Positions 31,591-41,870 of a stretch of DNA of 64,000 nt are shown in pieces (the stretch's first letter is position 1; each line of letters opens with the position of its first letter). Below the pieces are notes generated by a model, which was given only the letters and a program-made list of their open reading frames with translations, was not told where the DNA came from and did no database searches. Source of the stretch: Nitrospirota bacterium (GTDB taxonomy: Bacteria; Nitrospirota; JACRHJ01); assembly GCA_963845245.1 (NCBI GenBank), contig CAWJRJ010000024.1, positions 32,001-96,000 on the forward strand. The letters are read 5' to 3'. Made by a program: the position numbers and the translations under genes.

Positions 31591-32458
31591 TATTGCCCTC
31601 CTCCAGCGTCTTCCTCAAAAAACCGCCCTTCTCCCTCAATAACGCCTCGGCTTCCTTGCGGGTCAGGTTCCTTGCCCGCATAAGTACCGCCGTTTTTGTC
31701 TTGAAGCCGGACTCCTTTAGCGATTCAAGCGCCTCCGCCGCCGTACAGCCTGTCACCTCCGCGATGATGCCCGCCGCCCTCTTAACGAGCTTATTGTTGG
31801 TCGGCTTCACATCCACCATCAGGCCGCCATAGACCTTGCCGAGCTTTATGAATGCAGCGGTGGTTATACGGTTCAATACGAGCTTCGTGGCCGTCCCCGC
31901 CGCAAGCCGTGACGAGCCCCTGATTACCTCTACCCCGGTATCAAGCGCAATGACCTTGAAATTAAGCGCGGCTTCCGGGAGGCCTTTCTTTCCGCTGCAC
32001 GAAAGCAGCCAGACTTCCGCACCACTTGAACGCGCTTCATCGAGTGCTGCCAACACAAACGGCGTCCTGCCCGAGGCCGCAATACCCAGCACCATGTCGC
32101 GCGGTCCCACTTTCAGCTTTACAATAGAGGCCGCCCCGGCGGAGGCGTCGTCTTCCGCGCCCTCTACCGCCCGGTGGAATGCCTTTTTCCCGCCCGCCAT
32201 GACGGACACAACCTGTTTTGGGTCCGCCGAGAACGTGGGAGGGCACTCCGAGGCGTCCAGCGCCCCGAGCCTGCCGGAAGTGCCCGCCCCGACGTATATC
32301 AGCCTGCCACACGCACCTATCGCGGCTGCGGCATCCCTCGATGCGGCGGCAATATCGCGCCTTGCCTTCACCACCTCGGCAAAGGCCGTTGCGTCCGCCT
32401 TATCCATCAGGGCCATGATTTCTTCTTCGCCGAGATACTCCAGCGGCTTACGTTTCAT
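31583..32458 (-). CDS. murQ: N-acetylmuramic acid 6-phosphate etherase
   Basis: GRLIYVGAGTSGRLG.LDASECPPTF, AVEGAED, GIAASGRTP, GSSRL.AGTATK, N.KL..RA. Confidence 0.95.
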   Translation of the reverse strand: MKRKPLEYLGEEEIMALMDKADATAFAEVVKARRDIAAASRDAAAAIGACGRLIYVGAGTSGRLGALDASECPPTFSADPKQVVSVMAGGKKAFHRAVEGAEDDASAGAASIVKLKVGPRDMVLGIAASGRTPFVLAALDEARSSGAEVWLLSCSGKKGLPEAALNFKVIALDTGVEVIRGSSRLAAGTATKLVLNRITTAAFIKLGKVYGGLMVDVKPTNNKLVKRAAGIIAEVTGCTAAEALESLKESGFKTKTAVLMRARNLTRKEAEALLREKGGFLRKTLEEGNNA

Positions 32459-32538
32459 CTGTAGTCTCCACTTGATATTGCCAAAAAGTATATACTAAAA
32501 AATAAACGTTTTAAATACCAAACTTAGGCCTTACAAAG

Positions 32539-32568
32539 TTGACATGCCGGTTTGAGACGTGTTAAAAT
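32539..32568 (+). promoter_or_regulatory. sigma70-type promoter for larE
   Basis: TTGACA-18nt-TAAAAT with extended TG. Confidence 0.5.
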
Positions 32569-32625
32569 TACATAGTTTTAGCCCCCTGCCATGTTTACAA
32601 CGAACATGACCTTCCCTGAGGACCG

Positions 32626-33432
32626 ATGTCGACAGCCAACCTTATTGAATTTATAAAACAGCTTGGCCCGGTTGCCGTGGCCTTTTCCGGCGGTGTCGAT
32701 TCAAGCCTTGTCGCGGCTGCGGCCTTCCAGGCCCATGGCGAATCGGCCCTTGCAGTAACCATCGCATCGGAACTCTTCCCCGAAACCGAGGTGGTATGTG
32801 CGGCAGAGGTCGCAAAGGCCATCGGCATCAGACACAAAACCATAAGGCTTTCCGTCCTCGGGAACGAGTCGGTTGTCTCTAACCCGCCCGACAGGTGCTA
32901 CCACTGCAAGTCGGAAGACTTTTCCGCTATAATCGAGGTCGCCTCGAATGAAGGAATAAAGACAGTGGTAGACGGCACCAATGCCGACGACCCCAAGGGT
33001 CACCGGCCCGGCCTCAGGGCCCTCAAAGAGATGGGCATTATAAGCCCCCTGCTTGAACTAGGCATGACCAAGGATATGGTACGTGCTGCCGCCAAGGAAC
33101 TTGGGCTTCCCAACTACGAACGGCCCTCCTCACCGTGTCTGGCCAGCCGTTTCCCGTATGGTGTGCGGCTTACCACCGAGAAGATCGAGCGCGTACGGGC
33201 CGCCGAGGAGTTCATACGCTCCCTCGGAGTTTCCGTACTAAGGGTAAGAGACCACGACGGCCTTGCCCGTATCGAAGTGGAACCCCATGAAATCCCCATG
33301 CTTTCCTCGGGTGAGCTTGCAAAAAAAATAGTGGTCAAGCTTCGCTCCTTGGGTTATAATTACGTCACCCTTGACCTGGAGGGGTTCAGGAGCGGGAGCC
33401 TGGACCTGGTCCTGAAGAAAAACGGAGATTGA
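32626..33432 (+). CDS. larE: LarE-family PP-loop sulfur transferase
   Basis: AFSGGVDS, NPPDRCYHCK, DGTNADD...RPG, CLASRFPYG, RVRDH, LDLEGFRSGS. Confidence 0.9.
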   Translation: MSTANLIEFIKQLGPVAVAFSGGVDSSLVAAAAFQAHGESALAVTIASELFPETEVVCAAEVAKAIGIRHKTIRLSVLGNESVVSNPPDRCYHCKSEDFSAIIEVASNEGIKTVVDGTNADDPKGHRPGLRALKEMGIISPLLELGMTKDMVRAAAKELGLPNYERPSSPCLASRFPYGVRLTTEKIERVRAAEEFIRSLGVSVLRVRDHDGLARIEVEPHEIPMLSSGELAKKIVVKLRSLGYNYVTLDLEGFRSGSLDLVLKKNGD

Positions 33433-33481
33433 CCTTCCGGCACGTTTTAACCGACAACACCGATTTTAATGGAGGCAGTCC

Positions 33482-34081
33482 ATGCCATTCACCTTTAGAC
33501 GTTTATCTATTTTAGCCATTGCCATCCTGGCCGTTTTCTCCCTTGCCGCATGCAGCAAGGAGAAACCGGAAGACGTGCCCGGCGACGCCACCTTAAGCCC
33601 CCGTTTCGAAACCGAGGCCCAACAGATGGAGACCGTGCTGAAGGACGACCCGAAGAATCTGAACACGCTCATCCAGCTTGGCAACCTCTATTACGACTGG
33701 GGCCAGAACGAGGTGGACACCAAGGGCGATACGGCTCAGCCCGAGGATAAATGGATTAGGGCAATAAATTACTACAGCCAGGCGCTTGATATCGACCCGA
33801 AGAACGTGAACATCCGCGTCGACATGGCAAACCTGATGCGGTTCACCGGCCGGCTCGACGAGGCTATAACTCAGTACCGCACCGCGATAAAGCAGGACCC
33901 GAAGCATGCACAGGCGCGTATCAACCTGATCAGCGCGCTAGGCCAGCAGAAGGAAGACTACAAGGCGGCGATCAGCGAGTACGATGCCCTGCTCAAGGTT
34001 GCGCCAGACCAGAAGGACAACGCCGCTTTAAAGCAGGAAGTGGATAGTTTCCGTAACGCGCCAAAGGAGATAAAGAAATAA
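33482..34081 (+). CDS. TPR lipoprotein
   Basis: lipobox LAAC, TPR-like repeats. Confidence 0.82.
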   Translation: MPFTFRRLSILAIAILAVFSLAACSKEKPEDVPGDATLSPRFETEAQQMETVLKDDPKNLNTLIQLGNLYYDWGQNEVDTKGDTAQPEDKWIRAINYYSQALDIDPKNVNIRVDMANLMRFTGRLDEAITQYRTAIKQDPKHAQARINLISALGQQKEDYKAAISEYDALLKVAPDQKDNAALKQEVDSFRNAPKEIKK

Positions 34082-34335
34082 GAGCCCTCCTTTTAATAAT
34101 CCTTGCGGTATCCTTTTATATCTTCCTTAAAAGGGCGCTTGAGTATTTTCTGTCCAGCCAGACGCCCGGCAAGCAGGGTGGCGAGAAGAGCCGCACCCTT
34201 GAGGGCGACGAGATGGTGCAAGACCCTAACTGCAAGGTATACATCCCTGTCTCGCGGTCTGTCGTGCGCAGGATAGGTAGCGAGGACCTTCATTTCTGCA
34301 GCGAGGACTGCGCAAAAAGCTACATAAAAAACCTG
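34078..34335 (+). CDS. small membrane-anchored YHS/TRASH-like metal-binding protein (absent from the ORF track)
   Basis: open frame IRALLLIILAVSFYIFLKR...EMVQDPNCKVYIP...LHFCSEDCAKSYIKT*; AAGGAG RBS upstream but the first codon is ATA. Confidence 0.75.
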
Positions 34336-34412
34336 AACTAATATACTGTGCATTCTTTGGGCCGCCTTTCTTGCAAGAAAGGCGGGAATTGTTTTTAAAG
34401 GAGGAATTTCCG

Positions 34413-35733
34413 ATGAGTTTTGAACGCGACTTGCTCCGGTTCCCGGAGGCGATAAACGACGAGGACTACGTAATAGCGACTTATTACCTTGAGACCCCGA
34501 TGGACCTCTACAAGGCGGCGAACGCATTCGCGGCCGAGCAGTCCACCGGCACCTGGCAGAGGGTCGGCTACGAGACGGACGCGATGCGCGAGAAGCACGG
34601 CATCAAGGTGGTGGGCATATACAAGCTCCCCTACGAGCCGACAGGCCCGAACCTGCCCACCGGCACGAAGATGTCCGAGTTCGGCGCGGGCAACGTGAAG
34701 ATAAACGCGGCGGTGCTCAGGCTCGCATTCCCGCATATAAACTTCGGGCCGAAGATCCCGAACCTCCTTACCGCCGTCGCGGGCAACCTCTACGAGATGG
34801 GCGCGTTCACGGCCATAAAGCTTCTGGACCTGGAATTCCCGGACAGCTTCCTGAAGGAGTTCACCGGCCCGCGCTTCGGCATCGAGGGCACGCGCAAGAT
34901 CATCGGCGTGTATGACAGGCCGATAGTCGGCGCGATAATAAAGCCCTGCGTCGGGATATCGCCCAAGCAGATTGCCGAGCTTGCATACCAGGGCGCAAAG
35001 GGCGGCCTCGACTTCATTAAGGACGACGAGCTTATCGCCGATACCAAGTACAACTCCGTCAAGGCACGCGTCAAGACCATAGTGAAGGCCCTCAAGCGCG
35101 CAGAGGACGAGACCGGCGAGAAGACGATGTATGCATTCAACATCACCGACCGGATGGACAGGATAAGGGAACTGCACGACATAGTGGTGGAAGGCGGCGG
35201 CAACTGCGTTATGATAAACGCGGCCACGGCCGGGCTTGAGGCGATGCGCGAGCTTGCCGAATATACCCAGGTGCCCATCCATTGCCACCGCGACTTCGCA
35301 CCGATGTGGACCCGTTCGCCGTACCTCGGCATCAGCTTCACCTGCCTCACAAAGCTGTTCAGGCTGTCCGGCGCGGACCAGACGCACTGCGGCGCGATAT
35401 CCGGCAAGCTCTACGAGACGGACGAAGAGGTGCTACGACAACATCCGCACCTGCACGCACGAGTTCGGAAACATCGCCCCCTCCACCCCGGTAAGCTCCG
35501 GCGGCCAGTGGGCGGGCAAGGCGGCCATCAACAAGCGCAAGATCGGCCACGTGGACTTCATACACCTTGCGGGCGGCGGCATATACGCGCACCCGGGCGG
35601 TGCCGAGGCTGGCGCAAGGAGCGTCAGGCAGGCCTGGGAGGCGGTGCTTTCCGGTATCGATGTCGAGGAGTACGCGAAGGACCACGAGGCGCTCGCGCAG
35701 GCGATAGCGCATTTCGGGAAGCCGGTATCTTAA
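34413..35733 (+). CDS. RuBisCO-like protein (form IV), frameshift near 35437
   Basis: EQSTGTW, GN, IKPCVG, GGLDFIKDDE, HCHR, H.G..SGK, SSGG, GGGIYAHPGG. Confidence 0.93.
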
Positions 35734-35760
35734 AGGATGTTTAAATAGTACTGGAAATAG

Positions 35761-35790
35761 AAAAGGCCGCCCAACTGGGCGGCCTTATTG
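35761..35790. terminator. bidirectional intrinsic terminator
   Basis: AAGGCCGCCCA-AC-TGGGCGGCCTT between convergent genes. Confidence 0.8.
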
Positions 35791-35807
35791 TTTTAGCTTA
35801 ACGCGTG

Positions 35808-36401
35808 CTACTTCTTCTCGGGGGCCGCTGTCGGCTTCGTGCCGACGAGCTCAGAGACCGGAGTAGTCTTCGCGCCGGATACCTCGTCCATGCTGTTGAA
35901 CACCTTCAAGGCATCGCGGTTGACTGATTTGTCCACCTTTGCCGGATGGCAGACGTCGCAGAACGCCGCCATGTTTGAGCCGTCCTTACCGGTGTCCACG
36001 CGGAGGTACTTGTAGTTCGGGTTCGAGGGATGCGGGTCATGGCAGCTGACGCATTCCATCACGCCGTCCCTGAGCAGGCCGTCCGGGACGTTGGCTACCT
36101 TCCTGTTTACCCTGGAGCCGAACGGGTGGGTGGTGTGTGCCGATATCGGGAGTATGCCCATGCCGCCCTTGTCGGCGTCCGCATGGCAGCCCAGACAGAA
36201 GGCCGAGACGCTCTTGGCCGAACGCGAAGCACCCTCAGGCAGCGCCTTCGGGTTCGGGGCAACCTCTGCTATAATGGCGCCCTTCGCATAATGCAGGCTG
36301 TGGCAGCCCTTGCACTGCATACCGTCATGCGCACCCGCGGCGAACGACGCCCCTGCGGTAATAAGAACAAATGATGCCGTTAATATCGCTTTCTTGATCA
36401 T
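35808..36401 (-). CDS. periplasmic tetrahaem cytochrome c
   Basis: signal peptide; CKGCH, CLGCH, CVSCHDPH, CDVCH. Confidence 0.9.
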   Translation of the reverse strand: MIKKAILTASFVLITAGASFAAGAHDGMQCKGCHSLHYAKGAIIAEVAPNPKALPEGASRSAKSVSAFCLGCHADADKGGMGILPISAHTTHPFGSRVNRKVANVPDGLLRDGVMECVSCHDPHPSNPNYKYLRVDTGKDGSNMAAFCDVCHPAKVDKSVNRDALKVFNSMDEVSGAKTTPVSELVGTKPTAAPEKK

Positions 36402-36582
36402 AGAAACCGACCCTCCGTTTGCCAGGTTAACGATGATTGCCTTTTTAACGTGTGAAAGGCTACAATGAACGGATGTATCGTGTCAAGCATTTTAAGCTGC
36501 TTTTGGTTGCAATTTCCACAATTAAAGCGTACTATATCATCAAATAATATGAATTTCCCCCCGTTTTTCCCGGATATCGCAA

Positions 36583-37954
36583 TTGAATAAAAACCTCCAT
36601 CTCGACCTAAAATCTATTCTGCCCGAGAGTTCGGTCCTGACCGGTGAGGAAGAGCTTATCTGCTATTCCTCGGACGCCACGCGTCTTATGGGTACACCCG
36701 ATGTCGTTGTGCGCCCGGACAGCTCTGATCTGATCTCCGAGATAATGGCGATAGCCGCCTCACACAAGACGCCTGTAGTCCCGAGGGGCGCGGGTACGGG
36801 ACTTTCCGGGGGATGCGTGCCTTCACGGGGCGGGATAGTCGTCGTAACTGAAAAGCTGAACCGTATCATAGATATAGACCCGGTAGACCTGGTGGCGACT
36901 GTGGAGCCGGGCGTTGTCACGGCGAAACTGCATGAGGCTGCGGAAGCGGTCGGGCTGTTCTACCCGCCCGACCCGGCAAGCTTCAAGGCCTGCACCATCG
37001 GCGGGAACATCGCTGAGAATGCAGGCGGCCTGCGGGGCCTGAAATACGGCGTCACGCGCGACTACACGATGGGGCTCGACCTGGTGCTCCCATCCGGCAA
37101 AAAGATGAAGACCGGCGGCAGGACGCTCAAGAACGTGACGGGTTACGACCTCACGAGGCTGATGGCAGGCTCCGAGGGGACGCTCGGTTTCATTGCCGGC
37201 GCGACCCTGAAGCTGATACCAAAACCAGAGGCAAAGGCGGGTTTCCTTGCAGGCTATAAGACACTGGAGGCTGCCTCAAAGGCGGTGGTATCAATAATAA
37301 AATCCGGCATCATCCCGTCAACACTTGAGATAATGGACGACGTGACTATAAAGGCGGTACAGGACTACCAGGGGACGGAGATAATGGACTGCGGCGCGAT
37401 GCTGCTTATAGAGGTGGACGGCTTCGAGCTGGAGGTGAAGTCCCAGACGGAAAAGCTTAAGGACACCCTCGTCAAAGACCGACGCGACCGAGATACGGCA
37501 GGCGGTCGACCCGGAAGAACAGGCTGCGCTCTGGACCGCAAGGCGATCCGCCCTCACCGCTTTGGCAAGGGTTGCGCCCAGCGTGGTGCTTGAGGACGCG
37601 ACCGTACCCAGAAGCAAGATACCAGCACTTGTGCGCGCCATCTCCGGCATATCCCAGAAATACGGCCTCTTGATCGGCACATTCGGACACGCGGGTGACG
37701 GCAACCTGCACCCGACGATAATCACCGACCTGCGCGTGGCGGAAAACAGGCACAAGGTGGAGGCGGCGGTGGCCGAGATATTCAAGGCCGCGCTGTCGCT
37801 TGGCGGCACGCTCTCGGGCGAGCACGGCATCGGACTTGCCAAGGCGCCGTTCATGGAGGCCGAAGTTGGAAAAGATGGGCTATCCGCGATGCGGGCCATT
37901 AAGCATGCATTCGACCCGACGGGGATAATGAACCCCGGAAAGATATTTATTTAA
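36583..37954 (+). CDS. glcD: FAD-linked 2-hydroxyacid oxidase, GlcD/D-lactate dehydrogenase-like (frameshift near 37478)
   Basis: PRGAGTGLSGG, YPPDPAS, TIGGNIAENAGG, KYGVTRD, GSEGTLG, GHAGDGNLH, GEHGIG, MNPGK. Confidence 0.88.
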
Positions 37955-37961
37955 CTTTACT

Positions 37962-39224
37962 ATGTTAAAAGACTACAAAGACGAAATATTTAAATGTATC
38001 CGGTGCGGGGCATGCCGCGCGGTATGCCCGACCTTCGGGGAGGAACTGTCCGAGATAGCGGTTGCCCGGGGCAGGATGGCCCTCGTGGAAGCCGTTATCG
38101 AGGGCGACCTCGACCTTACCCCGGCATTTGAGAAGGCGATATTCCACTGCACGATGTGCGGGGCCTGCAAGGCGAACTGCCCGTCCGGCGTGGACGTGCC
38201 TTCCATATTGGAGGCGGCGCGCGCAGACCTCGTGACACAAAAGGGCAGCGAGCCGCTGATGCGTTACCTGGCTAAGCAGGCGCTCAAGGACAAGAAGGCG
38301 ATGGACCGCTCCTTCCTGCTGATGGCGCTCGGCAGCGCAGCGTACGGGCCTTTGTCAAAGACACCCCTGTCCAAATATCTCCCCATGCAGCCAAAGGGCG
38401 GCGCAAAACGGCATTTCCCAAAGCTTCCGCTGAAACCACTGTCAAAGAGGGTGCCGGAGCTGTCCCGCACGGAGAAACCCAAAGGGACGGTGGCCTTCTT
38501 TGCGGGCTGCGTCATAAACTACGTATACCCCGAAATAGGCGAGTCCACTATAGCCGTCCTGAACCGGGCGGGCTATAACGTGGTGCTGGCCAAAGGCGAG
38601 CTATGCTGCGGCAAGCCATTGAAATCATTGGGTGAGGCAGACGCCTACTCTGCCCTCGCTGGTGATTGCGTTAAGGTACTGGCCGGGATGAAGGCGGATG
38701 CATACATTACCGCCTGCCCCACTTGCGCCTTGACTTTGAAGGAGGATTACCCTAAAATCCTCCCCGAATCAGACGATGCTCGGAGGGTCGCTGAAAAGGT
38801 CACGGACATAAACAAGTTCATTTTGGAGCAGTCCGACCTTATAAAGCAACTCGATGGACTGGAGACCTCCGTCACATACCACGACCCCTGCCACTTGAAC
38901 TTCGGCTTCGGCATAAAGAAGCAGCCGAGGGAGCTTATCAACGAGGCTACTGGCGGCGGGCTTGTGGAGATGGCAGAGGCCGACCGCTGCTGCGGTTTCG
39001 GGGGCAGCTTCAGTTTCATGAACTACGAACTCTCAGGCAGGATCGCCGACAGGAAGGCGCGGAACATCGCCGCCTCGACTGCCAGCCTGGTTGCAACCGC
39101 CTGCCCAGGCTGCCTCATGCATTTACGGGATGCGCTTGCACGGACGGGCGCTAAAACAGACGCATTACACACGGTACAAATAATAGACAAAGCACTAAGA
39201 AAACAGGGGGGAGAAAAGAAATGA
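37962..39224 (+). CDS. glcF: GlcF-like Fe-S subunit (2x[4Fe-4S] plus CCG domains)
   Basis: CIRCGAC..VCP, CTMCGAC..NCP, CCG, YHDPCHL, CCGFGG, TACPGC. Confidence 0.85.
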   Translation: MLKDYKDEIFKCIRCGACRAVCPTFGEELSEIAVARGRMALVEAVIEGDLDLTPAFEKAIFHCTMCGACKANCPSGVDVPSILEAARADLVTQKGSEPLMRYLAKQALKDKKAMDRSFLLMALGSAAYGPLSKTPLSKYLPMQPKGGAKRHFPKLPLKPLSKRVPELSRTEKPKGTVAFFAGCVINYVYPEIGESTIAVLNRAGYNVVLAKGELCCGKPLKSLGEADAYSALAGDCVKVLAGMKADAYITACPTCALTLKEDYPKILPESDDARRVAEKVTDINKFILEQSDLIKQLDGLETSVTYHDPCHLNFGFGIKKQPRELINEATGGGLVEMAEADRCCGFGGSFSFMNYELSGRIADRKARNIAASTASLVATACPGCLMHLRDALARTGAKTDALHTVQIIDKALRKQGGEKK

Positions 39225-39862
39225 AATTTTTTATAGATACTGCAAACCTTGAGGAGATAAAAGAGGCAAACAGCCTGGGCGTCATCGACGGCGTCACGAC
39301 AAACCCGTCTCTTATAGCCAAGGAGAAATGCGACTTCAAGCAGCGCATCATCGACATCTGCAATATAGTGGACGGGCCGGTATCCGCCGAGGTCGTGAGC
39401 CTTGAGGCCTCAGGGATGGTCTCCGAGGGTCTGGACCTTGCCGCGCTCAACAAAGACAAGGTCGTCGTGAAGCTCCCGATGACGAAGGACGGCCTGAAGG
39501 CCTGCAAGCAGCTGACCGGAATGGGCATAAAGACAAACGTCACCTTGGTCTTCTCCCCGAACCAGGCCCTTCTTGCCGCAAAGGCCGGCGCGACCTACGT
39601 ATCGCCTTTCGTCGGCAGACTGGACGACATATCGCACAACGGCATGGACCTCATCGAGCAGATACTTACCATATACGGCAACTACGACTTCGCATCGCAG
39701 GTTATAGTGGCCTCCATCCGCAACCCGCTGCATGTTGTCGAGGCGGCTATGATGGGCGCGCATGTCGCTACGATACCCTTCAGCGTCATCGAGTCGCTCA
39801 GTAAGCACCCGCTGACTGATATCGGAATACAGAAATTCCTGGCGGACTGGGAAAAGAAATAA
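39221..39862 (+). CDS. tal: small transaldolase / fructose-6-phosphate aldolase family
   Basis: [20 protein letters not shown] Schiff-base Lys, [22 protein letters not shown]. Confidence 0.92.
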   Translation: MKFFIDTANLEEIKEANSLGVIDGVTTNPSLIAKEKCDFKQRIIDICNIVDGPVSAEVVSLEASGMVSEGLDLAALNKDKVVVKLPMTKDGLKACKQLTGMGIKTNVTLVFSPNQALLAAKAGATYVSPFVGRLDDISHNGMDLIEQILTIYGNYDFASQVIVASIRNPLHVVEAAMMGAHVATIPFSVIESLSKHPLTDIGIQKFLADWEKK

Positions 39863-39868
39863 CCATCA

Positions 39869-39943
39869 GTAGGGGCCGACCTTCGTGTCGGCCCTAGATA
39901 TAATCAGGAAACAAGAAGGGCCGACACGAAGGTCGGCCCCTAC
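39869..39943. repeat. GTAG-family REP doublet (REPIN-like)
   Basis: GTAGGGGCCGACCTTCGTGTCGGCCC (39869-39894) and its exact reverse complement (39918-39943), each internally palindromic. Confidence 0.85.
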
Positions 39944-39952
39944 AAGTTGATT

Positions 39953-40174
39953 ATGCCTATATACGAATACCACTGCCCGCGCTGCGGCGAGGATTTTGAG
40001 AAGCTTGTCTTCGGCAACGCGCAGGTGGAATGCCCTAAATGCAAATGCGCCAAACCCGACAAGAAGATGTCCGCCTTCGGAATGTCCGGGAAGAGCGAGA
40101 AGGGCGGCTCACTGGCCTCGTCCGGCTCGTCCTGCTCCGGCTGCACGTCGTCTTCCTGCTCGACCTGCCACTAA
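39953..40174 (+). CDS. FmdB-family zinc-ribbon protein
   Basis: MPIYEYHCPRCG..FE, CPKC, Cys-rich tail. Confidence 0.9.
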   Translation: MPIYEYHCPRCGEDFEKLVFGNAQVECPKCKCAKPDKKMSAFGMSGKSEKGGSLASSGSSCSGCTSSSCSTCH

Positions 40175-40194
40175 GGCACCGGCCCAGAATAAGC

Positions 40195-41646
40195 CTACTT
40201 TTTTCTGCCGAGCCCCTTCAGCGCCTTGTCGTTCCTTGGGTCGATCTTAAGCGCCTCTTCAAACGACTTCTTTGACTTGTCTTTTATGCCGGCCCTTTGA
40301 TAAAGCAGCCCAAGGTTCGCACGATGGTCGGCGTTGCCCGGCTCTAGCTCGATTGCGGCAAGCATGGCCTCCTCGGCCTCGGACTCGCGCTTCGGCCTTT
40401 GCAAAAGCGCAAGGGCCAGGTGGCTGTAATAGCCCGCGTTAGAGGCGTCAAGCCTGGTGGCCTCCTTGAAGTGTACCGTTGCAGATTCCAGGTCTTTAGC
40501 CTTGAAGCTCGCTATGCCCTTTGAAAACGCCTCTTTCGCCTTGGCCGGGTCCTTCGCCTTCTTGTATCCGGTGCCGCTTTTGCCCTGCATCACGGTTGCA
40601 AGCGAGAGGTCGTACTCCCAGCGCCTGGAGTCGTCCGACAGTATATTGTATGCCTCGGTCAAACTGTTGAAGAGCTCCTCGAGCTCGCCCTTTAGCTGCT
40701 GCATCCCCGCCTTGAACTGCTGGTCCGGGTGGTATGTCTTCGCCATCTTCAGGTAGGCTTCCTCAACTTCGACCGAGGTGGCCTCAGTATCTATATGGAG
40801 CAGTTCGTAGTAGTTCTGGCTTTTTGAGTCTATATAGGCCTTGTGCACCGCAGTCTTTTCCAGGCCTGGTGTTGGCCCTATATCGGCGCCCTTTGCCGTA
40901 CCCGCCTTCTTGCCCGCCGGTGCACTGGCCCCGGCCTCCTCCAGCATACCTATCGAATAAAACGTGTAAACGGCCTTGAGGGCGTCGAAGTCGCCCATCT
41001 TGGAGAGAGAAAAGACCTCTTTTATGCTTTTCTTCCCGTCAAAAAGCGAAAGCATGGTGCGTTCTCCTTCGCTTAGGCCTATGTCCTGGTAGAGTTTCAA
41101 CGGGTTGGCGGTAATGGCCAGGACCGACTTCATGGGCGGCACTCCCCTCGATATGCGGGTCCAGTCGTCTATCCTTTTTATGCCCTGAAGTATGAGGTTT
41201 GCCGTGGACATGTGGAGCGTGATGACCTCTGAAGCTGGCAACTCTCCCGCAGTGAATTCGTAATCGCCGTCGGTCCAGTCGAAAAGGCTCGCGACGATCT
41301 CCTGAACCTGGTATTTCACGCCCCAGAAAAGGTCTTTTGGTTTGAGGTGCCCGAGCTCCACGAGCACGCCGCCCATCCTCTTGCCCGTCTGTATTACGAC
41401 CTTTGAGGCGGCATCGAACTGGCTGAGGGTTATCTTGCCCGTCTTAAGGAGTATTTCGCCCAGACGGTCCCCTTCATAGGTGGACGAGGCGAATATTATG
41501 TCCCCGTTTTTGATAAAAAGCTTCTTGTTCACCCCGTCCCTCAGGAGGGCGAGGGTGCCGGTGCTCTTTATCTCGTGTATGTGGCTCAGCAGCCTTGGAA
41601 GGTTGTTTTCGTCGAGTTTTCCGGCAAGCGGTATTCCGGGTGACAT
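40195..41646 (-). CDS. DUF4388-like / DnaJ-domain / TPR protein
   Basis: N-terminal TGTL.L...G.IIFA and RLGEILL, J-domain NYYELL..YHPD..EAYNILSD, C-terminal TPRs. Confidence 0.85.
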   Translation of the reverse strand: MSPGIPLAGKLDENNLPRLLSHIHEIKSTGTLALLRDGVNKKLFIKNGDIIFASSTYEGDRLGEILLKTGKITLSQFDAASKVVIQTGKRMGGVLVELGHLKPKDLFWGVKYQVQEIVASLFDWTDGDYEFTAGELPASEVITLHMSTANLILQGIKRIDDWTRISRGVPPMKSVLAITANPLKLYQDIGLSEGERTMLSLFDGKKSIKEVFSLSKMGDFDALKAVYTFYSIGMLEEAGASAPAGKKAGTAKGADIGPTPGLEKTAVHKAYIDSKSQNYYELLHIDTEATSVEVEEAYLKMAKTYHPDQQFKAGMQQLKGELEELFNSLTEAYNILSDDSRRWEYDLSLATVMQGKSGTGYKKAKDPAKAKEAFSKGIASFKAKDLESATVHFKEATRLDASNAGYYSHLALALLQRPKRESEAEEAMLAAIELEPGNADHRANLGLLYQRAGIKDKSKKSFEEALKIDPRNDKALKGLGRKK

Positions 41647-41870
41647 AATTTCGGCTCCTTTTTCGGACAAGAATATACCTTAACGCCGGCCATTGTCAAT
41701 CCCCATAATTTTAAAAGATATTTTAGGATTAATCGAATTGACAACCGTTCCGTGCGTATGATAATATCAGCATACCGGAGCGCCTTTTCCTCCGCAGCCT
41801 TCACTATAAACTTCTACCGTTGATTTTATTATTATTTTAAGCAGTTCATTTCGAAGGGAGATTTTTGGGG

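Noticed and set aside
34413..35733. Bona fide form I-III RuBisCO / Calvin cycle
   Set aside because: K177 and H298 equivalents are substituted; no small subunit, prk or cbb genes nearby
39869..39943. CRISPR array
   Set aside because: Only two copies, inverted rather than direct; no spacers or cas genes
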